From the NCBI GenBank assembly GCA_009691245.1, contig SHUM01000006.1, positions 20,399 through 84,398 of the forward strand: DNA of 64,000 nt, read 5' to 3'. Shown here one piece after another: positions 27,876-37,337 of the stretch; the stretch's first letter is position 1; every line of letters starts with the position of its first letter. The DNA comes from Acidobacteriota bacterium. GTDB lineage: Bacteria > Acidobacteriota > Terriglobia > 2-12-FULL-54-10. Below the pieces are notes generated by a model. That model saw only the letters and a list, made by a program, of their open reading frames with translations. It ran no database searches and was not told where the DNA came from. Made by a program: the position numbers and the translations under genes.

Positions 27876-28174
27876 TCAGGCCACGCAAAGATTCGGGACC
27901 GTTAATTTCTCAAATAGATGGGGTGAGGCAATCGCGCTGGCAGGATACCTTGTCAGTGCGGTTTGAAAGTCAGGATGAGAGAATGCTTGGCGGAATGCGC
28001 TACTGATTCCCATACAGCATAATTCAAGAATATGCAGCTACCGCCGATACCGCGATGTAGCTGCGTGGAAATATATCCGGGTTGGCTTTTCATCCAATTG
28101 GCATCGGCCTCCCATGCTTTCAGTAGAACAGCAACATCGTTGGGAGAAACCGTGAACAAATTGATGAGAATCAC
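27876..28174 (-). pseudogene. Antibiotic-biosynthesis-monooxygenase (ABM) domain gene with 1-nt frameshift
   Basis: The track ORF 27953-28174 ends ...NYAVWESVAHSAKHSLILTFKPH*. The next frame continues QAFSHPDFQTALTRYPASAIASPHLFEKLTVPNLCVA* down to 27876. The total of 299 nt is 300 minus 1. The lesion is near 27992-27997. Confidence 0.6.
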
Positions 28175-28279
28175 CGGCGAATGTGTTTCCCCGGCTGTTG
28201 CTGAATGGGCATGTTGTCATCAAGTGGGCGCAATTGAAGCATTGGGTATCTCCTGAAAGTACTATTCCGACTTTTAACT

Positions 28280-29170
28280 TTAACTCCTGACCCCTGTTAC
28301 CTTTAAGCCTTCCCGTAGCCAGCGGGCCATCTCGGCGACGTGCGGGGCGGGATTGTCGAGATGATCTTCCAGACATTTCACCAGCGCGCTGCCCACTACT
28401 ACGCCATCGGCGTGCGGGGCGAGCGCGGCGAGGTGCTCGGGGCGCGAGATACCGAAGCCGGCGGCGATGGGCGTCGCGGTGAGCGCGCGCAGTTTTTCGA
28501 GCAGCGGGACGATGGCCGTCGACAGACTGGCCTGCGTGCCGGTGATTCCAGTGCGGCTGACGGCGTAGACGAAGCCGGTCGAATATTCTACGATGCGGCG
28601 CAGGCGCGCGTCGGTGCTGGTGGGCGAGGCCAGGAACACGGTGTCGAAATTGTGGCGTGGCGTCTCGGTGCCCGCGTCGCCGCGGGCTAAGTCGGCCCCG
28701 GCATCACTCTGATTTACGTCGCTGCGGATTGCCCTGCCGCGAATTACCTTAATGTACGGGCCGGCCTCCTCGACGCTCAGGTCGGTGATCAGCGCGCCAT
28801 CGGCCCCGGCGGCCACCGCGTCGGCGGCGAATTTCTCGAAGCCGTAGCGCAGGATGGGATTCAGGTAACTCATCAGCAGCAGCGGGACTTGCGACTGCTT
28901 ACGAATCTGCTTCACCAGATCAAGTATGGCAGGCAGAAATGCGCCGTTGGCGATAGCCCGTCCGCCGGCGCGCTGGATGACCTCACCGTCAGCGACCGGC
29001 TCGGAGAAGGGCACGCCCAGCTCAATGATGTCCGCGCCCGCATTGGCGAGCGCCAGTACCACCTCGAGACTGCGTCGCATATCCGGATCGCCGGCCACCA
29101 CGAACGGGATCAGCGCCTTGCCGCCCGAGGCGCGCAGTTCGTTCCATCGTTGCTGTATGCGTGTGGACAC
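28280..29170 (-). CDS. trpA: Tryptophan synthase alpha chain
   Basis: LIPFVVAGDP...DIIELGVPFSEPVADGEVIQ...GFGISRPEH motifs. It carries roughly 28 extra residues (IRSDVNQSDAGADLARGDAGTETPRHN). Confidence 0.95.
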   Translation of the reverse strand: MSTRIQQRWNELRASGGKALIPFVVAGDPDMRRSLEVVLALANAGADIIELGVPFSEPVADGEVIQRAGGRAIANGAFLPAILDLVKQIRKQSQVPLLLMSYLNPILRYGFEKFAADAVAAGADGALITDLSVEEAGPYIKVIRGRAIRSDVNQSDAGADLARGDAGTETPRHNFDTVFLASPTSTDARLRRIVEYSTGFVYAVSRTGITGTQASLSTAIVPLLEKLRALTATPIAAGFGISRPEHLAALAPHADGVVVGSALVKCLEDHLDNPAPHVAEMARWLREGLKVTGVRS

Positions 29171-29203
29171 AAAGTCTCGCAGTGGAAAATTTCCTGAAAT
29201 CGA

Positions 29204-29463
29204 TTACGGTAATGGATCAATCTTTCCGGGGGGCTGCATGTTCGCCGCCCGCGTCCAGGCTTCTCTAATTTCATTGCGGTGATGGGATGCCCACTCCACC
29301 ACTAACCCTGTGCCCGTGTCGGAAGATCGCCCGCGATCATAGCCAAGGTTTCAAGATGGAACAGGCCTTCGTGTTCAGCATACTCGGCATGAAAGTGCGC
29401 AGGAAGATGGTCGGCGTAATAAATTTTGATAATGACGCCGTAGAAGCGGCTTACTTCAGGCAT
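29204..29463 (-). pseudogene. DUF4160-family gene with 1-nt frameshift
   Basis: MPEVSRFYGVIIKIYYADHLPAHFHAEYAEHEGLF...GDLPTRAQG* in one frame. The next frame continues LVVEWASHHRNEIREAWTRAANMQPPGKIDPLP*. The total of 260 nt is 261 minus 1. The lesion is at about 29303-29308. Confidence 0.65.
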
Positions 29464-29737
29464 GGGTGTTCGTGGCGAGACCAGGAAAAATTTCTGCCGC
29501 ACTTTTCCCTGTCAGTCGAAGATAGATTGAGTCGGGGCATAAATCGATATTGTCGCCCCACTCCAACGCACCGCTCGCATTGATGTGAACTGATTCAAAA
29601 AAGTGCCGGTCATCCCACGCTGAAAAAATGCCCTGTCCCGCTAGATCGGCAAGGTCGAGGTCTCCCTCGATGCCGTCAGCGAAGCGCAGCCAGAGCCGGC
29701 AACCATCCAATGCCCGCACGTCCGTTATGCGATTCAT
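29456..29737 (-). CDS. DUF2442 domain-containing protein
   Basis: ITDVRALDGCRLWLRFADGIEGDLDL...GALEWGDNIDLCPDSIY follows the DUF2442 pattern. It overlaps the DUF4160 start by 8 nt. Confidence 0.75.
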   Translation of the reverse strand: MNRITDVRALDGCRLWLRFADGIEGDLDLADLAGQGIFSAWDDRHFFESVHINASGALEWGDNIDLCPDSIYLRLTGKSAAEIFPGLATNTHA

Positions 29738-29799
29738 AGCCTACTGATCTCCAACATCATTCTGACTCAACTCGGTGGATACTCGCAACCGCCCGCGCT

Positions 29800-31017
<1,218 letters not shown>

Positions 31018-31028
31018 GGAATTAGTCC

Positions 31029-31652
31029 TTACGCTGCGCGCGCGTTGCGGATGAACTCGCGGATCAGTGTCGCGTCCTTCACGCCGGGCGCGGTCTCGAC
31101 GCCGCTGGCCACGTCCACGCCCCAGGGCTGAACTTGCCGGATGGCCTCAGCGACGTTCGCCGGAGTCAATCCGCCCGCAAGAAGTATGGTCGCATATTTT
31201 TTCGCTGCAATGGCGAGCGACCAGTCAAACTTTTGTCCCGTGCCGCCCGTCATGCCTGCTACGGCGCGGTCGAGCAGGATCACCTCGGCGGCGCGATAGG
31301 ATTCAATTTCCGCTACGTCGAGTTGCGCGCCCACTTTGATGGCCTTGATTTTCCGGTAAGCGCCGAGCTGCGCCAACACTTCCGGCGACTCGTTGCCGTG
31401 CAACTGAATCGCGCCGATGCCGGTGAGCGCGGCGATTTCCAACATGCGCGCGGGAGTCTCATCGACGAAGACGCCGACGGTTAGAATGTTCTTGGGCACG
31501 CTCTGGATTATTGGGGCGGCCTCGGCTGGATCGATGTAGCGTTTGGTGCCGGTCCAGAAGTTGAAACCCAGCGCGTCGGCTCCGGCTGCGACGGCGGCGG
31601 CGACATCTTCGGCGCGGCGCAGGCCGCAGATTTTCACGTGGATCATTTTCAT
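31029..31652 (-). CDS. trpF: Phosphoribosylanthranilate isomerase
   Basis: [12 protein letters not shown]...ADALGFNFW...QLHGNE motifs. Confidence 0.9.
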   Translation of the reverse strand: MKMIHVKICGLRRAEDVAAAVAAGADALGFNFWTGTKRYIDPAEAAPIIQSVPKNILTVGVFVDETPARMLEIAALTGIGAIQLHGNESPEVLAQLGAYRKIKAIKVGAQLDVAEIESYRAAEVILLDRAVAGMTGGTGQKFDWSLAIAAKKYATILLAGGLTPANVAEAIRQVQPWGVDVASGVETAPGVKDATLIREFIRNARAA

Positions 31653-31669
31653 TTTCCAATACGGCCAGG

Positions 31670-31758
31670 TTTAACAGAGCCACGACCGTAAGGGAGTGGG
31701 GGTGGCATTCATAGCGAAACGCCAACCCCCACTCCCTTACGGTCGCGGCTCTGTTAAA
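31670..31758. repeat. 33-bp-stem palindrome (ACAGAGCCRCG...GTAAGGGAG family) between trpC and trpF
   Basis: 31670-31702 pairs with 31726-31758 with one mismatch, around a 23-nt loop. Confidence 0.85.
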
Positions 31759-31770
31759 AACGCGGCTCGG

Positions 31771-32625
31771 TTAACGCGATTCCGTCAACAACTGCGCCAG
31801 CGCGGCGCCGGGATCGGGTTGCTTCATGAAGCGCTCGCCGATCAGGAAGGCGTTGAACCCGGCGGCTTCCAGTTGCGTCAGATCGGCCCCAGTACGCAGT
31901 CCGCTCTCGCTTACTGCCAGCATGGCATCTGGTATTATATCAATTAGTTCCAGGGAAGTATTCAACGAAACCGAGAAGTTTTTGAGGTCGCGGTTATTGA
32001 CCCCGATGAGGGCCGTGGACGGCTCGGTTGCGGCACCGGTTCCGGCGATGGCTTCGAGCGCCAAATCCAGTTCGGCGCGGCTGGCCACCTCCACCAGCGC
32101 GTCCAGATTTAACGACCGCGCGGTTGCCAGAAATCGCCTCAGCCGGTCGCGGTCCAGGATGGCGACGATGAGCAGCACGGCGTCGGCTCCGGCGGCGGCG
32201 GCCTCCACGATGTGATACTCGTCGAGCGTGAAATCCTTGCGCAGCACGGGCAGGGAAGTGGCCGCCTTCACGCGCCGCAGGTCATCAAGGGAACCCTGAA
32301 AAAATTCAGCATCGGTGAGCACGCTCATGGTGGAGGCACCGGCGCGTTCATACGCCAGCGCGTTGCGCACAGCGTCATAGTCGGACTGAATCACGCCGAG
32401 CGACGGTGAAGCTTTCTTCGACTCAGCGATAATCGCAAAGCGCGAGGTCCCGCCTCGCCGCGCGAGCAACGCGTCACGAAACCGGCCCGGCACGCGGGAG
32501 GCATTAGCGGCAATTTCCTTCTCCAGCGTGGAGACAGGCACAGCGGCGCGCACACGCTCCAACTCAATCAGTTTGGCGCGCACAATGCGGTCGAGAATAT
32601 GTTCTGCTGTGGATTCGGATGTCAT
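31771..32625 (-). CDS. trpC: Indole-3-glycerol phosphate synthase
   Basis: ILDRIVRAKLIELE, IIAESKKASPSLGVI, LRKDFTLDEYHI and IGVNNRDL motifs. Confidence 0.93.
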   Translation of the reverse strand: MTSESTAEHILDRIVRAKLIELERVRAAVPVSTLEKEIAANASRVPGRFRDALLARRGGTSRFAIIAESKKASPSLGVIQSDYDAVRNALAYERAGASTMSVLTDAEFFQGSLDDLRRVKAATSLPVLRKDFTLDEYHIVEAAAAGADAVLLIVAILDRDRLRRFLATARSLNLDALVEVASRAELDLALEAIAGTGAATEPSTALIGVNNRDLKNFSVSLNTSLELIDIIPDAMLAVSESGLRTGADLTQLEAAGFNAFLIGERFMKQPDPGAALAQLLTESR

Positions 32626-32738
32626 GAAAGCGCGGCGGTGAATAGGGCGACCACCAATCCCGATGCTAGCGGGAAGCTCTCCGGCAAGTCAAGGAATGTG
32701 CATTGCGCGCGGGGGAACGGTCTGTGTTTCCAAGGTAG

Positions 32739-32785
32739 GGACAGGCCTCCGGCCTGTCCTCCAGCGGGCAGGCCGGAGGCCTGCC
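32739..32785. repeat. Double-hairpin element (GGACAGGCCTCCGGCCTGTCC + GGCAGGCCGGAGGCCTGCC), copy 1
   Basis: Read directly at 32739-32759 and 32767-32785, flanked by AGGTAG/CTACCT. A related copy lies at 39481-39528. Confidence 0.75.
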
Positions 32786-32832
32786 GCTACCTAAGCAAAG
32801 ACAGGATCGCCTGGCGGGGCGAGGGTAGGGTG

Positions 32833-33555
32833 TCAGGAGGCGGCTAATAAGGAGAACAGCCACTTGGCTTGGTCGCGATGGAGATCGCGGATCGCCGAGG
32901 CCCGTTCGATTCGGGATGCGGTGGCATCGCCGGAAGCGGCAGAAGGCAGTGCTGCCAGCGCCGCGACCTGGGCATCGCGAAGGAGCAGCCATTCGGCCTG
33001 TGCCTGTTCGACCGCCGCCTTCTTCTCAGAATCAAGCGACCCGAGCAACGCCTGATACGCGCGGTCGATCTCCGTCTGCCAATACAAGGTGCCGGTGGCG
33101 AAGCATTTCTGCAAGCCGGGTGTTGTGTCCTGTGTTGAGGAACTTGAATTCTGCTCCAGGCATTCGGCGACGATCATATCGATGGGGTGCTCGCCCTGCC
33201 ATTCAATGATTGGCAAAAAGTTTTTAGTGGCCATGTCGAGCAGCACCAGGCCCGCGCGGGGGCGATACGCGATGTGCAGCTTCCTGCCCGGCTGCCAACT
33301 CTCCTCGATCTCCGTGAAGCGTTCCGGCGCGGGATATTGCACGCGCAGCGCTCTGCCGTCCGTCAGCACGATCCAATAGACTTGCGAAGTGCCCTTGAAG
33401 GAAATGGCCTCGGTGTAGTTCCAGTTATCCTGCGCGCGCAACAGCGGCGGGGATACACAGAGGAGAGCAAGTAAAAGTGCTGTCTTCAAAGCGATCCCTT
33501 CGTTAGGCAGGCAGAATGGTGCTGGACTTCCAGACTGTACAACCAGACTGTTCAA
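32833..33555 (-). CDS. Secreted DUF1311 (LprI-like) domain protein
   Basis: C-terminal CFATGTLYWQTEIDRAYQALLGSL...AEWLLLRDAQ follows the DUF1311 pattern. The signal peptide (LKTALLLALLCVSPPLLRAQ) suggests a TTG start near 33489. Confidence 0.55.
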   Translation of the reverse strand: MNSLVVQSGSPAPFCLPNEGIALKTALLLALLCVSPPLLRAQDNWNYTEAISFKGTSQVYWIVLTDGRALRVQYPAPERFTEIEESWQPGRKLHIAYRPRAGLVLLDMATKNFLPIIEWQGEHPIDMIVAECLEQNSSSSTQDTTPGLQKCFATGTLYWQTEIDRAYQALLGSLDSEKKAAVEQAQAEWLLLRDAQVAALAALPSAASGDATASRIERASAIRDLHRDQAKWLFSLLAAS

Positions 33556-33623
33556 CTAAAGTTACCGCCTACCCAAGAGTCTACTCCCATTTCGCTGTGG
33601 CCGATGGCTAGCAGGCCCGTGCG

Positions 33624-35600
33624 TCAGCGTGGATTGCGCTTTTGCTTCGTGTAGGTGGCCGTGAACGTAGTGTTCACCGCCGGCACGGTGATCTGGTGCG
33701 TGGCCGCGCCGTTGTCGGGCCAGCGCGTGAAGTCGTATGTGCCGTTCGGACGCGTTTGCGTGGCGGCTGCGCCGATTGTTCTAAACATTCCGACAACGGC
33801 GGTGAACGAGTAGGTCGCGGTAATGGGCTGGCCATCCAGTGTCAGAGCGAAGCCGCCGGGATTGCTGGACAGGGTTACCGTTACGGTGCGGGGCAGCACA
33901 TCGCGGGTGGTGATGTGCTCCAGCCCGGCTGAGTCGCGGACCTTCAACTCGATGCGGTAGAAGACATTGGTCGCGGTCTCACCGGTCGTCGGAATATTGA
34001 ACGAGCCCGTGGTGATGCCCGAGGTCGGAAGCAGCACCGGATGGGTGTGGTCGGCGTGATGGAAGTTCACCGTCCAGGTGAAGGCGCTGGGCGGGAGGGT
34101 TCCATCCTGAATGTCGGTGCCGGTGCCGCCGAAGGTGATGGTGTTGCCGCCGCTGTACAGGCTGCCTACGGCAGGCGAGGTGATGGTGCCGGTGGGCGGC
34201 GTGTTCGATGTCACCGACAGCGTTGCCATGTCGCTCAATGCCGAGCCGAAGGCGTTGCTCGCAAAGCAGTGGAAGAAGTCACCATGCTGCGAGGCCAGCG
34301 CCGGAGGCGTGGTGTAGCTGGATGCGTTCGCGCCGGGGATATCCCCGCCGTTGCGCCGCCATTGGTAAGTGATGGGCGCAGCGCCGGTGGTGCTGACGGT
34401 GAACGTCGCGGTCTGGCCCACGGCGACCGTTTGATTGGTGGGCATCAGCGTGAAAGACGGTGGCTGCTCATTGTTCGGAAATTGAATCTTCCATACCGCG
34501 CCCGTTCCGCGCGCCAGATAATGCAGACTGCCATCACTGGCCACTTGCAGGTCCACTGGAAACGATATGCCCGAGGCGAAGTCCGAGGCGGTTCCCGTGG
34601 CTGGGTTGAACTGGCGAATCCATCCGCTACAGTAGTCCGCGAAAAAATATTTACCCAGGTAGATGGCCGGAAACTGCTCAGTGGCGGGGTTGTAAAATGC
34701 CCCACCGACGATGGCGCAGCCCGTGGTGGGGCTGGAGCCGTGCGCATACGCGAACAACGGTTCCACGAAACTGGGATTGCCGCAGACGCCTTCGCAGGTG
34801 GGCCATCCGTAATTTTCTCCGGCCAGCCCGTCGTTGATTTCTTCCCAGGTGTTCTGACCCACGTCATTGATGAACATGCGCCCGCTGCCCGGCTGAAACG
34901 CAAACGTAAACGGATTGCGCAAGCCCCGCGCCCATATGGCGCGGTTGTCATTCAGGGCCGTGTTGTAGAACGGATTGTCGGTGGGAATCGTGCCGTCGGT
35001 ATTGATGCGCAGCATCTTGCCCAGGCGGTTGGTCAGCGCCTGCGCATTCGAGCCGACCGCGTTCTCGCCCACGGCTATATAGAGTTTGCCGTCCGGGCCG
35101 AAGTGCATGGCGCCGCCGTTGTGATTTGTAGCGGAGAGATTTTCGAGATTGAGTATCTGTAGTTCGCTGCCCGCTACGGCCAGGTCGCCCGCGGCCGTGA
35201 AGCGGCTGACCCGATTATGAATCGGCGAAGCCGAGGTGGTGTAGTAGAGGTAGATGAAATTATTGTTGGCGAAGTCTGGATCAAAGGCGACGCCCAGCAG
35301 GCCGCGCTCGCCCGTGGCGTTAACGGAAACGGTGAGGAATGGCGTGCCCAACAGCGCGCCGTTCTTGATGACGCGGAGCGCTCCGCCCTGCAGCGCGACA
35401 AACAGGCGACCGTCAGGTGCAAAAGCCATCGCCGTGGGATTGGCCAGGCCGCTGGCCACCTGCGTCTCAGTGAATCCCGCGGGCAGCGTCGCCGCGCGGA
35501 GGTGCGCGCCGCCGGCGATCATAGTGAGCGCCAGGGTGAGCGCTAGCACGAAGGCCGCACCATGTGCGCGGATAGTTTGACGAAGGGTAATCGGAATCAT
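33624..35600 (-). CDS. Secreted PQQ-dependent sugar dehydrogenase (SGDH beta-propeller) with C-terminal Ig-like domains
   Basis: PTAMAFAPDGRLFVALQGG, GERGLLGVAFDPDF, HNGGAMHFGPDGKLYIAVGE and WARGLRNPFTFAF motifs. There is an Ig-like segment (QTVAVGQTATFTVSTTGAAPITYQWRRNG). ATG at complement of 35598-35600 is preceded by GAGGTG. Confidence 0.8.
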   Translation of the reverse strand: MIPITLRQTIRAHGAAFVLALTLALTMIAGGAHLRAATLPAGFTETQVASGLANPTAMAFAPDGRLFVALQGGALRVIKNGALLGTPFLTVSVNATGERGLLGVAFDPDFANNNFIYLYYTTSASPIHNRVSRFTAAGDLAVAGSELQILNLENLSATNHNGGAMHFGPDGKLYIAVGENAVGSNAQALTNRLGKMLRINTDGTIPTDNPFYNTALNDNRAIWARGLRNPFTFAFQPGSGRMFINDVGQNTWEEINDGLAGENYGWPTCEGVCGNPSFVEPLFAYAHGSSPTTGCAIVGGAFYNPATEQFPAIYLGKYFFADYCSGWIRQFNPATGTASDFASGISFPVDLQVASDGSLHYLARGTGAVWKIQFPNNEQPPSFTLMPTNQTVAVGQTATFTVSTTGAAPITYQWRRNGGDIPGANASSYTTPPALASQHGDFFHCFASNAFGSALSDMATLSVTSNTPPTGTITSPAVGSLYSGGNTITFGGTGTDIQDGTLPPSAFTWTVNFHHADHTHPVLLPTSGITTGSFNIPTTGETATNVFYRIELKVRDSAGLEHITTRDVLPRTVTVTLSSNPGGFALTLDGQPITATYSFTAVVGMFRTIGAAATQTRPNGTYDFTRWPDNGAATHQITVPAVNTTFTATYTKQKRNPR

Positions 35601-35782
35601 GGTCACCTCAAAGGGCGGCGAACAACGCCGCAACAGATTCATCGAATTGCTTTCGGGGGGAGGATGCTACCGCTACAGTGTAACTGGCTCGCTGCCGGCC
35701 AGCCAGTCCCAGTGGGACGTATTGTGATTACTCGATTACCTGCCGGCAATTGGAGCAGGCAGGGTCTGGAAACTTCGCAATA

Positions 35783-37054
35783 CTATTTGGCCTTGGCGCT
35801 GGCCTGGTTGGATATTCCGCTTTCGCCGACGGCGTTCGCCGCGGTAACCACGTAGTAATAGGTTACGCCGGTCTGCAGGCCGGTGTTGCTGTAAGACGTG
35901 GTGGTCACGCCAGAGACGATGGTGGTGTACGGGCCGCCGCTTACGGTCGAGTGCTTTACTCGATAGCTGGTCGCGCCGGGCGAAGCGGTCCACGTCAGGT
36001 TGATCTTCTTCTTCGCGCCGGTGGCAGTGAGGCCTGTCGGCGCGGCGGGCGGCGTCGCGGGGCCGAGCGGCCAGGTGTCATTCAGCGCGGGCACCCAGTC
36101 CGCTGCGGTGCGGAACAGCGGGTCCTGCTCGTTGTGAATAAATTTGCCCGTGTAGAGCGACGCGGCGATTCCGCAGACGCTGCCGGGGAACACTTCGTTC
36201 AGCAGGCGACCCTGCACATTGTCTGTGGCGTTCAAGCTGCACGCGCCGGTGCCGGGCGTGTCGATGAGCCACGTCGGGTGATAGGTCAGCATGTTGTTCT
36301 TCAGCGCGACAATCTTGTCGCCCGCCGCCGGAACCACGTTGCGGCCGTGCGAGAGATACGCATTGGTGTTGGGGCAGGTGGCCTCGGCCATGCCGTGCCA
36401 CTGGATGGCGTTCCAGCTCTGGCCCGCGTAAAAATCCTTCAACTCCTCGTTGGCCGGGTGGTACATGTTGTTCACATTGTGCGCGCAGTCGGCCTGATTG
36501 TAATCAGACTGGCAAGTGCTGACCACGGTGTTGGCGTCGCGATGCGCGCCGCACATCAGGTAACTGCGTGAGTTGGTTTCGCGGAAGGCCAGTACGGCCT
36601 CGACCTCGGTGGTGCTGTCGGAGATGGGGTGCGGCGCCTGCTGGCTCAGTTCGCGCTGCGCCTGCGCGTTGACGATGAACGTTCCCCAGCCGCGATCCAC
36701 TTTGCCGTTGCTGTTCGAGTCCTGCACTTCCATGAACAGGCAATAACTCTTCGCGTTGCTTGCGTCAGTGAAAGTGCGTAGTTGCATGATGCCGGTCAGC
36801 GTGGCGGGCAGCGGGAAACTGCACGAACCGCCGAGCATCTGGCGGACCACCCAGCGGAAGTCAGCCTGCTGCGTCGAGTTGGGGACGACGAAGCCGTTCG
36901 AGCCGTTGCCCGGCATCTGCGTGCGGATGCAGGTGGCCAGCGCGTCCAGCGTGGTGGACGTAGCGCAGGTCAAATCCGCCGCGCGAGCGGTTTGCGGGAT
37001 CACCGCGAGCATAGTCGTGAAAATGAATAAGCAAGCCAGGCTGAATCGACGCAT
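35783..37054 (-). CDS. Secreted hypothetical protein with C-terminal fibronectin type III domain
   Basis: Signal peptide MRRFSLACLFIFTTMLAVIPQTARA. The FN3 segment is PTGLTATGAKKKINLTWTASPGATSYRVKHS...GVTYYYVVTAANAVGES. Confidence 0.6.
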   Translation of the reverse strand: MRRFSLACLFIFTTMLAVIPQTARAADLTCATSTTLDALATCIRTQMPGNGSNGFVVPNSTQQADFRWVVRQMLGGSCSFPLPATLTGIMQLRTFTDASNAKSYCLFMEVQDSNSNGKVDRGWGTFIVNAQAQRELSQQAPHPISDSTTEVEAVLAFRETNSRSYLMCGAHRDANTVVSTCQSDYNQADCAHNVNNMYHPANEELKDFYAGQSWNAIQWHGMAEATCPNTNAYLSHGRNVVPAAGDKIVALKNNMLTYHPTWLIDTPGTGACSLNATDNVQGRLLNEVFPGSVCGIAASLYTGKFIHNEQDPLFRTAADWVPALNDTWPLGPATPPAAPTGLTATGAKKKINLTWTASPGATSYRVKHSTVSGGPYTTIVSGVTTTSYSNTGLQTGVTYYYVVTAANAVGESGISNQASAKAK

Positions 37055-37217
37055 GAAAGGTTCCTCCGCGACGCTAAATTGACGCCAAGGAATAGGATCG
37101 CCCGCGCGAGGCGCTAGAGAAATGGGACTCAGGTCCGCATTTAAGGGCGACCCAAAGTACTATCCATGCCAAGGCGGAACAGGTCGATCAAGCAGATTGT
37201 CGGCACACTACCGGAGC

Positions 37218-37302
37218 TGTCATTCCGAGCGCAGCGAGGAATCTGCTTTTCCTGTGGCCGAAGCGAACACACAGTAGATTCCTCGCTGCGCTCGGAATGA
37301 CA
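37218..37302. repeat. Perfect 27-bp-stem palindrome (CATTCCGAGCGCAGCGAGGAATC family)
   Basis: TGTCATTCCGAGCGCAGCGAGGAATCT (37218-37244) is the exact reverse complement of 37276-37302, with a 31-nt loop. Confidence 0.85.
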
Positions 37303-37337
37303 ATTACAAGGGTTTCAATAAAGAAGCAAAAGCCGTG

